Source of the DNA: an uncultured Gammaproteobacteria bacterium
GTDB taxonomy: Bacteria; Patescibacteriota; Microgenomatia; UBA8517
Assembly: GCA_964600575.1 (NCBI GenBank)
Contig: CAZRJH010000003.1
Coordinates: 81,640-145,639, forward strand
Length of the DNA: 64,000 nt
Reading direction: 5' to 3'
Shown: in pieces, positions 19,143 to 27,051 of the stretch
Layout of the letters: each line of letters opens with the position of its first letter
Position numbering within the stretch: the stretch's first letter is position 1
Notes under the pieces: generated by a model
Database searches by the model: none
Seen by the model: only the letters and a program-made list of their open reading frames with translations
Told to the model about the DNA's origin: nothing
Program-made: the position numbers and the translations under genes

Positions 19143-20012
19143 ATGAAAAAACTGTCGGTAGTTTTGGCAACAAGAAACGAAGAGCAAAATATAGCCCGAT
19201 GCCTTGGCGCAATAGCGAATATTGCGGACGAAATAATAATCGTAGACGAACATTCAACAGACAAAACCAGAGAGATTGCTAAAAAATACGGCGCAAAAGT
19301 CTTTTTGGAGGAACACCACGACATATTTCACATAACAAAGCAAAAGGCTTTAGATAAAGCGTCGGGTGAGTGGGTTCTACAATTAGATGCGGATGAGGTG
19401 GTGACACCGGAGCTTGCAGCAGAAATTAAAAAAATAATCTCGGCAGAAGCTTCTACTCTCGCATCTCTGGAAATATCAGACAACAAAAAAGCAAGGCTTT
19501 TTAAGAAGCACCAGGAATCTGTTTTTAAAAGAGACGGCACTGCAAGTAACACTGATGGAGAAGTAAACGGTTTTTTTATTGCTAGGGAAAACATATTTTT
19601 AGGTAAACCCTTAATACATGCAGGTGTTTATCCCGATGGGGTTGTAAGGCTGGTTAGAAACGGTTATGCGAGTTTTCCGCAAAAAAGCGTACATGAACAA
19701 ATATCAGTCAAGGGTCAGATAAAATGGCTGGAAAACGACTTGGAACATTATGATTCACCGACCTTTTTTAGATATATCGAAAGAGCAAATCGCTATACGG
19801 ATCTAACCGCCGCGGAAATGCAAAAGATTAATGTTTCCAAAAACACCTTTAGTTTTATTAAGTACGCAATTTTTAAGCCTATACAAATTTTTGCCAGTCT
19901 TTACTTGTTTCATAGAGGTTTTTTGGATGGACCGCCCGGATTTATTTGGTCTGTTTTTTCGGGTTTACATTTTCCTTTAGCTTACTTTAAATATATTACG
20001 AACGAAACTTAG
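19143..20012 (+). CDS. GT2-family glycosyltransferase, WaaE/KdtX-like
   Basis: 'LSVVLATRNEEQNIARCL', 'IIIVDEHSTDKT', 'GEWVLQLDADEVVTPELAAEI', 'GVYPDGVVRL' and the C-terminal 'FHRGFLDGPPGFIWSVFSG' show the same architecture as 1309..2031. Confidence 0.65.
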   Translation: MKKLSVVLATRNEEQNIARCLGAIANIADEIIIVDEHSTDKTREIAKKYGAKVFLEEHHDIFHITKQKALDKASGEWVLQLDADEVVTPELAAEIKKIISAEASTLASLEISDNKKARLFKKHQESVFKRDGTASNTDGEVNGFFIARENIFLGKPLIHAGVYPDGVVRLVRNGYASFPQKSVHEQISVKGQIKWLENDLEHYDSPTFFRYIERANRYTDLTAAEMQKINVSKNTFSFIKYAIFKPIQIFASLYLFHRGFLDGPPGFIWSVFSGLHFPLAYFKYITNET

Positions 20013-20020
20013 AGCAATAA

Positions 20021-21061
20021 ATGCCAAATATCGATAAATATAAAATTGCAGTTGACGGAGGTCCCCTTAAAAGTGGAGACTCGATTCGAGGGATTGGTGT
20101 TTACACATCCGAACTTACTAAAAAGCTAGGAATAAACACCGTTGATGTTTTTTTGGAAGACCTTTCAAGATATCAAATAGTCCACTTTACTAGATTTAAC
20201 CCTTTTTTTAGAGCTTTTCCGTCAAAAAAACCGCAAGGGGTTAAGTTTGTACTTACTTTATACGACTTAATACCTTTAATTTACCCTGAAATATATAAAC
20301 CGGGCCTTAAAGGATCTATGAATTGGCAGATTAACAAATACAATATCGTTAGAAATTGCGATGCAGTAATAACAATTTCCGAAACTTCTAAAAAGGATAT
20401 CTGTAGGTTCACGGGAGTGGATCCAAATAAAGTTTTTGTCACTCATCTTGCCCCTAGATCAATTTTTAAAAAGATGAAAATAGACGATACCACCAAAAGC
20501 CATATCCTTAAGAAATACGGATTGCCTGATAAGTTTGTTCTCTATGTTGGGGATGTCAACTTTAACAAGAATATTCCGACTTTGGTTTCGGCATGTAATA
20601 AATACGGCGTTAAATTGGCGATAGCGGGAAAGCAGGTAAAAGAAATAGAAAATATGGATTTAAATCACCCCGAGCTTGCACATCTTAAAAACATCGCTTG
20701 GAAAGATGTTGCACGCTTGGGTTTTGTCGAAGACTCCGAGTTAAGCCTTCTATACAATCTGGCCTATGCTTACATTCAACCTTCTCTCTACGAAGGTTTT
20801 GGCCTTCCGGTCTTGGAAGCAATGGCCTGCGGCTGCCCTGTCGTCTCAAGCCGAACCCAAACGCTGGTAGAAATTTCCGGCGACACTTGTTTGTACGCGG
20901 ACCCGGATAGCGTAGAAGAATTTGCAAAATGCCTTAAAGCCTTGGAAGTCAAACAAACGAGAGATAAAGTTGTTAAACAACAAAGTTCCTGGCTAACTAA
21001 ATTTAATTGGCAAAAAACGGCGGCAGACACACTTAATGTATATGAAAAACTTCTTAGATAA
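20021..21061 (+). CDS. GT4-family glycosyltransferase (mannosyltransferase-like)
   Basis: 'YEGFGLPVLEAMACGCPVVSS' is the GT4 catalytic-region motif. It is a paralog of 51026..52123 and 52125..53240. Confidence 0.75.
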   Translation: MPNIDKYKIAVDGGPLKSGDSIRGIGVYTSELTKKLGINTVDVFLEDLSRYQIVHFTRFNPFFRAFPSKKPQGVKFVLTLYDLIPLIYPEIYKPGLKGSMNWQINKYNIVRNCDAVITISETSKKDICRFTGVDPNKVFVTHLAPRSIFKKMKIDDTTKSHILKKYGLPDKFVLYVGDVNFNKNIPTLVSACNKYGVKLAIAGKQVKEIENMDLNHPELAHLKNIAWKDVARLGFVEDSELSLLYNLAYAYIQPSLYEGFGLPVLEAMACGCPVVSSRTQTLVEISGDTCLYADPDSVEEFAKCLKALEVKQTRDKVVKQQSSWLTKFNWQKTAADTLNVYEKLLR

Positions 21062-22181
21062 GTTCGTTTTGTCAAAAATACTTTATTGGTTTATTTTTTT
21101 GCTTGTTATCCTTTTGTTTTCGGTTAATTTTGTAAAGCCGCAAAGAATTTTGTTAGGCGGCGGTTATGATAATTACATCAAAAACCCGTACTTGTTTGCT
21201 TTTGGCAACTTTGACGGCGAACATTATGCCTCTATCGCTAAAAGGGGTTATGTTTTGGGAGAGCGTGCTTTTTTCCCACTGTATCCCGGAATTTTGTATA
21301 TTTCTTCTAAAGTGTTTGGATCCGTCGATGCCTCGGTGTATTTTTCGGGGATTGTTGTCTCTTTGGTAAGTTTCTGTATTGGCCTAATCGGTCTTTATAG
21401 ATTAGTTAAAGAAGAGTTTGATGTCGGTATCGCAAAGCTTGTTGTTGTTTTGACTCTAGTCTTTCCCACATCTTTCTTTTTTGCCTCTGTTTACACGGAA
21501 GGTTTGTTTTTTGCGCTTTTGGTCTGGTCTTTTTACTTTGCGCGAAAAGGACAATTCATAAAAGCGTCAATTGTTGCCGCCTTTTTAACGGCAACCAGGT
21601 TCGTGGGGGTAATAATTATTCCTATAATAATCTGGGAGTGGTACCAAAAGTATTCAAACAAGAAACAAAAAACTCTTCCATGGTTTTTGGTTTTACCACC
21701 TCTTGGCCTTTTGGTTTACATGGTCTATTTAAACAACTCCGTAGGAGACCCTTTTGCTTTTTATAACAACATGTCTATATTCGGGGAACAAAGGTCATCT
21801 CACCCAATACTTCTTCCTCAAGTTATATACAGATATATTTTTAAAATTTTACCTTCTATAAATTTAAATTATTTTCCGGTGTTGTTTGTAACATTCCTTG
21901 AGTTTTTTATTGGCATAGGCTATTTATTTTTGACGGTATTTTCATTTTTTAAGTTGCCATTTTCTTATTCCGTACTTCTCGCGGCGGGGTATGTTATTCC
22001 TACTTTATCGGGTAGCTTTTCTTCTATGCCGAGGTATGTTTTGGTGCTTTTCCCCGCCTATATAATGACGGCGGTATGGCTTAGGAGCAATAAGAAATTG
22101 ACTTTTGCTTTTATATCTATATGCACTATACTTCTAATAATTTCCTTCACTCTTTTTAGTAGGGGGTATTGGATTTCCTAG
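21036..22181 (+). CDS. PIG-V/Gpi18-like (GT76-like) integral membrane mannosyltransferase
   Basis: 'FGNFDGEHYASIAKRGYVLGERAFFPLYPGIL' closely resembles the Mannosyl_trans2 signature (FDS.HFL.IAE.GY...E...AFFPL.P) of GPI mannosyltransferase II. The 381-aa protein has about 9 TM segments. Confidence 0.55.
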   Translation: MYMKNFLDKFVLSKILYWFIFLLVILLFSVNFVKPQRILLGGGYDNYIKNPYLFAFGNFDGEHYASIAKRGYVLGERAFFPLYPGILYISSKVFGSVDASVYFSGIVVSLVSFCIGLIGLYRLVKEEFDVGIAKLVVVLTLVFPTSFFFASVYTEGLFFALLVWSFYFARKGQFIKASIVAAFLTATRFVGVIIIPIIIWEWYQKYSNKKQKTLPWFLVLPPLGLLVYMVYLNNSVGDPFAFYNNMSIFGEQRSSHPILLPQVIYRYIFKILPSINLNYFPVLFVTFLEFFIGIGYLFLTVFSFFKLPFSYSVLLAAGYVIPTLSGSFSSMPRYVLVLFPAYIMTAVWLRSNKKLTFAFISICTILLIISFTLFSRGYWIS

Positions 22182-22186
22182 CTCAT

Positions 22187-23125
22187 ATGTCTAATAAATT
22201 TTGGAGTGATAAAAAAGTTTTAGTTACAGGGGGCAACGGCTTTTTGGGAACAAAACTGGTTAAAAAACTTAAGGACCTGGGGGTTAAAAAAGTTATTGTT
22301 CCGGGTTTTAAAGATTTTGATCTAAGACAATATGACAACTGTCTAAAAGTTTCCAAAGGGGTTGATGTTGTCATACATTTGGCGGCAAATGTCGGTGGCA
22401 TAGGCTATAACAGAGAGTTTCCCGGGACGCTTTTTGACGATAATATTTTAATGGGCACTCACATGATGATGGCTTCAAGAATAAACAAAGTTAAAAAGTA
22501 TGTAGCATTAGGCACTATTTGTGCATATCCAAAATTTACAAAAGTCCCATTCAAGGAAGAATATCTTTGGGACGGATACCCCGAAGAAACAAATGCCCCT
22601 TACGGGCTGGCGAAAAAGATGCAACTGGTTCAAGCCCAAGCATATCGTCAACAATACGGATTTAATGCTATTTTTCTGCTTCCTGTTAACTTGTACGGCC
22701 CGGGAGATAACTTTAGCCCAAAGTCATCTCATGTAATCCCCGCCCTTATCAAAAAGTTTGTTGAAGCTGAAAAAGATAATAAAAAAGAGGTTGAGATATG
22801 GGGAACAGGTCGGGCTTCCAGAGAGTTTTTATATGTGGACGACGCTGCGGAGGCCATAATATTGGCTGCAGAAAAATATAACAAAGCCGATCCTGTTAAT
22901 CTTGGTTCAGGTTTCGAAATAACAATAAAAGAGCTTGCTCAAAAGATTAAACGAATGACCGGTTTTGAGGGTAAGCTTATTTGGGATAAGACGAAACCTG
23001 ACGGTCAACCAAGAAGAATGTTGGATGTGTCAAAGGCAAAAAAAGAATTTGGATTTTTAGCTAAAACCGGATTTGAAGATGGTCTTGAGGAAACAATTTC
23101 CTGGTATCTTCAAAAGAATAAATGA
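22187..23125 (+). CDS. fcl: GDP-L-fucose synthase-like NAD(P)-dependent epimerase/reductase (GDP-4-keto-6-deoxymannose 3,5-epimerase/4-reductase family)
   Basis: The Rossmann N-terminus 'KVLVTGGNGFLGTKLVKKL' is followed by 'VIHLAANVGGIGYN' and 'ETNAPYGLAKKMQLVQAQAYRQQYGFNAIFLLPVNLYGPGDNF', which is the YxxxK plus substrate region typical of Fcl/WcaG. The start is at ATG 22187. Confidence 0.65.
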   Translation: MSNKFWSDKKVLVTGGNGFLGTKLVKKLKDLGVKKVIVPGFKDFDLRQYDNCLKVSKGVDVVIHLAANVGGIGYNREFPGTLFDDNILMGTHMMMASRINKVKKYVALGTICAYPKFTKVPFKEEYLWDGYPEETNAPYGLAKKMQLVQAQAYRQQYGFNAIFLLPVNLYGPGDNFSPKSSHVIPALIKKFVEAEKDNKKEVEIWGTGRASREFLYVDDAAEAIILAAEKYNKADPVNLGSGFEITIKELAQKIKRMTGFEGKLIWDKTKPDGQPRRMLDVSKAKKEFGFLAKTGFEDGLEETISWYLQKNK

Positions 23126-23781
23126 CAAAGACTGTGGTAATTGTCCCGTTTTATAACGAATCAAAGTCAATTGAGGGTGTTTTGCGAGGCATAGTGAAGT
23201 TGGGATACAAGGTGGTTGCTGTAGATGACGGCTCAAAAGACGGCGGCTTGACCGAGAAAATAAAAAATGTAACCCAATTACGACACAAAGTGAACTTGGG
23301 CAAAGGGGCTGCAATGAAGACTGGTGTTAAATGGGCTACGGATAACGGATATGACTTCTTTATTTTTATGGACGCTGACGATCAGCACGATCCGGAGGAT
23401 CTTAAAAACTTTTACAAACAAATTAGTTCCGGTAGGTACGATATAATTTTCGGATCTAGGAACATGAACTTCGCTGTACCTTTGGTTCGTTTTTTTGGAA
23501 ATAAACTAGCTTCAGCTGTAATATCTCTTCTTTTCGGTATTTACGTATCGGATGGTTTGTGCGGTTTCAGAGCTTTAACAAAAAAGGCGTTTCAAAAAAT
23601 CGAATGGGAATCAACGGGATACGGGGTAGAGTTGGAAATGGTAATCAGAACCGGTAAAAACAAGCTTCGCTATAAGGAAGTACCGGTGAAAACTAAGTAC
23701 CTCGACTCAGTCAAAGGCGTAACTGTCCTTGATGCTTTTGGAATTTTTTGGGAAGTTATTAAATGGAAAATAACTATCTGA
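23122..23781 (+). CDS. Polyprenol-phosphate sugar synthase, Dpm1/Ppm1/GtrB-like GT2
   Basis: The short (219 aa) GT2 has 'VVIVPFYNESKSI', 'VVAVDDGSKDG', 'VNLGKGAAMKTG', 'IFMDADDQHDPEDL' and 'IIFGSRN', the Dpm1-type motif set (DAD...H, then GSR). Confidence 0.65.
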   Translation: MTKTVVIVPFYNESKSIEGVLRGIVKLGYKVVAVDDGSKDGGLTEKIKNVTQLRHKVNLGKGAAMKTGVKWATDNGYDFFIFMDADDQHDPEDLKNFYKQISSGRYDIIFGSRNMNFAVPLVRFFGNKLASAVISLLFGIYVSDGLCGFRALTKKAFQKIEWESTGYGVELEMVIRTGKNKLRYKEVPVKTKYLDSVKGVTVLDAFGIFWEVIKWKITI

Positions 23782-23820
23782 CTTTAGCTATGATAGTGTA
23801 GAATATGCGTAGTTCTGTAT

Positions 23821-24153
23821 ATGATAATAGGAATACAAATAATAGGCATACTTTTCAGTTTTTCGATGGTTTATTTTGCCGTTCTCCACTACAAACGCTC
23901 AGAAATATCTAAAACCGAAATATTCACATGGCTTTTGATATGGTCGTTTGCGATAGTTGTTATTATATTCCCCGAAATATTAAGAGGTTTCTCGAACGCA
24001 TTTTTGGTAACCAGGGTTTTCGACCTTATGGTTATCGGCGGATTTGTCGTAAGTTTATCCTTAGTTGCAACTTCTTACGTTAAAACAAAAAAATTGGAAA
24101 AGAAAATTGAAGATTGGGTTAGAAAAGACGCTCTCAGTTCTAGGAAAAAGTGA
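23821..24153 (+). CDS. Small 3-4-TM membrane protein; possible GtrA/DUF2304-like partner of the adjacent Dpm1-like synthase
   Basis: The 110-aa protein has three clear hydrophobic helices and a basic C-terminus. Its position immediately downstream of the Dpm1-like GT2 mirrors GtrB-GtrA and Ppm1-accessory arrangements. Confidence 0.35.
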   Translation: MIIGIQIIGILFSFSMVYFAVLHYKRSEISKTEIFTWLLIWSFAIVVIIFPEILRGFSNAFLVTRVFDLMVIGGFVVSLSLVATSYVKTKKLEKKIEDWVRKDALSSRKK

Positions 24154-24929
24154 AATCGATTATGCCCAACCCTAAGATTTCGATCGTAATACCTTCACTT
24201 AATAAAGGGGAATATATAAAAAGGACACTAGATTCAATCTTTTCGCAAAGTTACAAAAATTTCGAGGTTATAGTAATGGATGGTGGGTCAACAGATCAAA
24301 CTCTCAAAATACTTAAAAAATTCACATCAAAATACCCCAACAAGATATCTGTTGAGTCAAAAAAAGACGAAGGACAAGCTGCGGCAGTGAATTCAGGCAT
24401 TAAAAAAAGCAGTGGCGATGTTGTCGCCTATATAAATGCTGACGATTATTATTTGGGAGAGGTTTTTTCTAAGATTGCTAAAGTCTATAAAGCGGCTGTA
24501 AATTGGTATGTCGGTGATGGTGTTGTGGTTAGTCAAGAAGGAGTGGAAATCTTTAAATTTGTAAGCTTTTACAAAAAGATACTCAAAAAGATTAATAGTT
24601 ACAAACTATTACTTGTAGTAAATTACATTGTTCAGCCTTCCGTTTTTCTATCAAGACGAGCATACGACGAATTTGGTCCTTTCAGCGGAAGTAAAAAATT
24701 CATAACCGAATACGAGATGTGGCTAAAGCTGGGAAAGATCGGTATGCCTAATTTGATCGATGAAGATGTTTCAGCATTTAGGATGTATCCTCAGACAATA
24801 ACAGGATCAAGTTCGGCTATATTACTACAAGAAGACGAGAGAATAGTAAAAAAGTATACAAAAAATAAGATCTATATTTTCTTGCACAGACTCAATAATT
24901 TAGCAAGGAAAATTGTTCAATCTTTGTAG
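24150..24929 (+). CDS. GT2-family glycosyltransferase
   Basis: 'ISIVIPSLNKGEYI', 'VIVMDGGSTDQT' and 'YINADDYY' are GT2 motifs. Confidence 0.7.
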   Translation: MKSIMPNPKISIVIPSLNKGEYIKRTLDSIFSQSYKNFEVIVMDGGSTDQTLKILKKFTSKYPNKISVESKKDEGQAAAVNSGIKKSSGDVVAYINADDYYLGEVFSKIAKVYKAAVNWYVGDGVVVSQEGVEIFKFVSFYKKILKKINSYKLLLVVNYIVQPSVFLSRRAYDEFGPFSGSKKFITEYEMWLKLGKIGMPNLIDEDVSAFRMYPQTITGSSSAILLQEDERIVKKYTKNKIYIFLHRLNNLARKIVQSL

Positions 24930-26387
24930 ATGAAAAATTTTTTTAATAAAAACAAATTTTTAATATTCATCTGCCTTTTGGGCTTCGTGTTATATTTTCC
25001 GTCACTTTTTGGATTTTACACTAACGATGATTTCTATCACCTAAAGTTGGCAAACGCAAAAACTGTAGGAGATTTTTTTAACTTCTTTAATCTTTTTAAA
25101 AGCGCCGGAGGACAGCTCTTGTATAGGCCGCTGACCACCCATGTCTTTTATTTCCTAGGCTGGTCTTTATTTGACCTAAACCCGTTGTGGCTTCACGTTG
25201 TTTCGTTTGTTATGTATTTTTTTACAATTTTTATTGTTCAAAGGATTTCTTTTGAAATCACACAAGACAACAAGAGGTCGATTTTGGTAGCATTCCTTTA
25301 CGGTGTTTCGGCAAGCCATTTTGGCCATTTATATTATTTGGCAACAGAAATTATTTTGGCGGTTTTTTTCTTTCCTGCCGTTTATTTTTTTATTAGGTAT
25401 ATAAAAAGCGGGAAGATTCTTTTCTACTTTTATACATTTGTATTCTTTGTGTTTGGGTTAATGGCTAAGGAAAACTCAATTGTTTTGCTTGGAGTATATC
25501 CGTTGTCTTTCGCTTTATTAAAATACAAAAAAATCTCGGTTGTTGATGCAAAATTATTTGTAAAGATTTATATTCCGTTTATTTTGATTTCAATGGTTTA
25601 TTTATATTTACATTTTTCAAAATACGGTGTTGTAAGTGGAGACACTTATTCATTTAACTTTTCACCTTTAAGAGCTGTCAATACCATTGCTTGGTATCTT
25701 TTTTGGTCATTCAACATTCCGGAAATGTTTTTGGATTTTATTGGTCCGGGTTTAAAAGTTAATCAAAACCTAACTCTGTTCTGGGGAGGATATGTCTATC
25801 CAATTGTCACACTGTTTATCTCACAGATTGTTATTCTTTCTGTGATTTTTTACAGAAGGATAAAAAATATTACCAATAATGTAACCATTTATTTGTTTTC
25901 TGTTGTCTGGTTTGTTTTTACCCTAGCTCCAATATTGTTTCTACCGGAACATAAGTTTAGTTTTTATTTAACTCTACCGCTTTTTGGGGTGGCATTGTTT
26001 ATTTCGGAAGTTATTTATAAACAAAATAAAAAGATGATAGTGCTATTCTTGTTGCTGTGGGTTTTCACATCAGTTTTGACGCTCAAGCTAACGTTTGTGA
26101 CCAACTGGATAACCCAAGGCCAAGCTATTTCTAAAAGGGTTGATTTATTTTTTAAGGAAAATTCTCAAAAATTCATAAATAAACAAATATATTTTATAGA
26201 TACGGATAAAGATGACAGCTTGCCTTGGTCTCCAACCGAAACTGTCAAGACGGCACTTTCGGATAAAAACTATTTCGACGTGTTTCACCCGGATATTTCT
26301 GAGAATATACATTATTGGGGATACGAAACCTTACCTGAAGAAAAAGATATTTATGTAATCAACTCCAGAATTTTTCTGGGTTATTGA
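24930..26387 (+). CDS. Polytopic GT-C-like membrane protein (PMT_2/DUF2723-like)
   Basis: The 485-aa protein has more than 10 TM segments. The N-terminal loop 'FYTNDDFYHLKLA' contains an acidic pair (a D-D variant of the GT-C loop-1 motif), and there is a short C-terminal soluble domain. Confidence 0.45.
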   Translation: MKNFFNKNKFLIFICLLGFVLYFPSLFGFYTNDDFYHLKLANAKTVGDFFNFFNLFKSAGGQLLYRPLTTHVFYFLGWSLFDLNPLWLHVVSFVMYFFTIFIVQRISFEITQDNKRSILVAFLYGVSASHFGHLYYLATEIILAVFFFPAVYFFIRYIKSGKILFYFYTFVFFVFGLMAKENSIVLLGVYPLSFALLKYKKISVVDAKLFVKIYIPFILISMVYLYLHFSKYGVVSGDTYSFNFSPLRAVNTIAWYLFWSFNIPEMFLDFIGPGLKVNQNLTLFWGGYVYPIVTLFISQIVILSVIFYRRIKNITNNVTIYLFSVVWFVFTLAPILFLPEHKFSFYLTLPLFGVALFISEVIYKQNKKMIVLFLLLWVFTSVLTLKLTFVTNWITQGQAISKRVDLFFKENSQKFINKQIYFIDTDKDDSLPWSPTETVKTALSDKNYFDVFHPDISENIHYWGYETLPEEKDIYVINSRIFLGY

Positions 26388-26397
26388 ATCAAATAAG

Positions 26398-27051
26398 ATG
26401 TCGAAAATTGCAGAACATTTTGACAATATTGCCAAAGATTATGACAGTTACAAGAAAAATAATAGTTTTTACTATTCAAACCTTAAGAATCTTTTGGCAA
26501 GATTAATACCAAAAAATTCAAAAGTTATGGAAATAGGTTGTGGAACGGGTGATATCTTAGCTCATCTTGAACCAAAAAGTGGTTATGGAGTCGACATCAG
26601 TCGTAATATGGTTAGGCTTGCCAAAAGCAAATACAAGCAATTAGATAACTTAACATTCTCAACAACATACCCTGACGGACTTTATGATTACGTTTTTATG
26701 GCCGACGTTGTGGAGCATTTAGATAATCCATTGCGCGTGTTTGAAGCAGCGTATAAACATCTGAGAAAGAAAGGCATTTTTGTGATTACTATGGCAAATC
26801 CGATATGGGAGCCGCTTTTAATGTTTTGGGAAAAAATGGGTTGGAAAATGCCCGAAGGCTATCACAAGCGTCTTGGTTACAAAGAAATAGTGAAGATGGT
26901 GAGAACGACCGGAAAATACAAAACTCGACATATTTACGAACTACTTATTCCTGTCAACATATTTTTCCTCACAAAATTTGTTAACAAATTTTTATTCAAA
27001 TATTTTGAAAGATTTTCTTTTATAGAGTGTCTGATTTTCACCAAACTTTAA
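26398..27051 (+). CDS. Class I SAM-dependent methyltransferase
   Basis: Motif I 'VMEIGCGTGDIL' and the post-I acidic residue 'GVDIS' are present, as is motif II/III 'DYVFMADVVEHLDNP'. Confidence 0.7.
   Translation: MSKIAEHFDNIAKDYDSYKKNNSFYYSNLKNLLARLIPKNSKVMEIGCGTGDILAHLEPKSGYGVDISRNMVRLAKSKYKQLDNLTFSTTYPDGLYDYVFMADVVEHLDNPLRVFEAAYKHLRKKGIFVITMANPIWEPLLMFWEKMGWKMPEGYHKRLGYKEIVKMVRTTGKYKTRHIYELLIPVNIFFLTKFVNKFLFKYFERFSFIECLIFTKL

Noticed and set aside
20685-21075. Three overlapping antisense and alternative-frame ORFs (20685-20927 -, 20698-20910 +, 20788-21075 -) inside the GT4 gene
   Set aside because: They coincide exactly with a local GC-rich patch where stop codons are rare. Their translations are low-complexity and R/P/G-rich with no motifs. 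They are by-products of composition, not genes.
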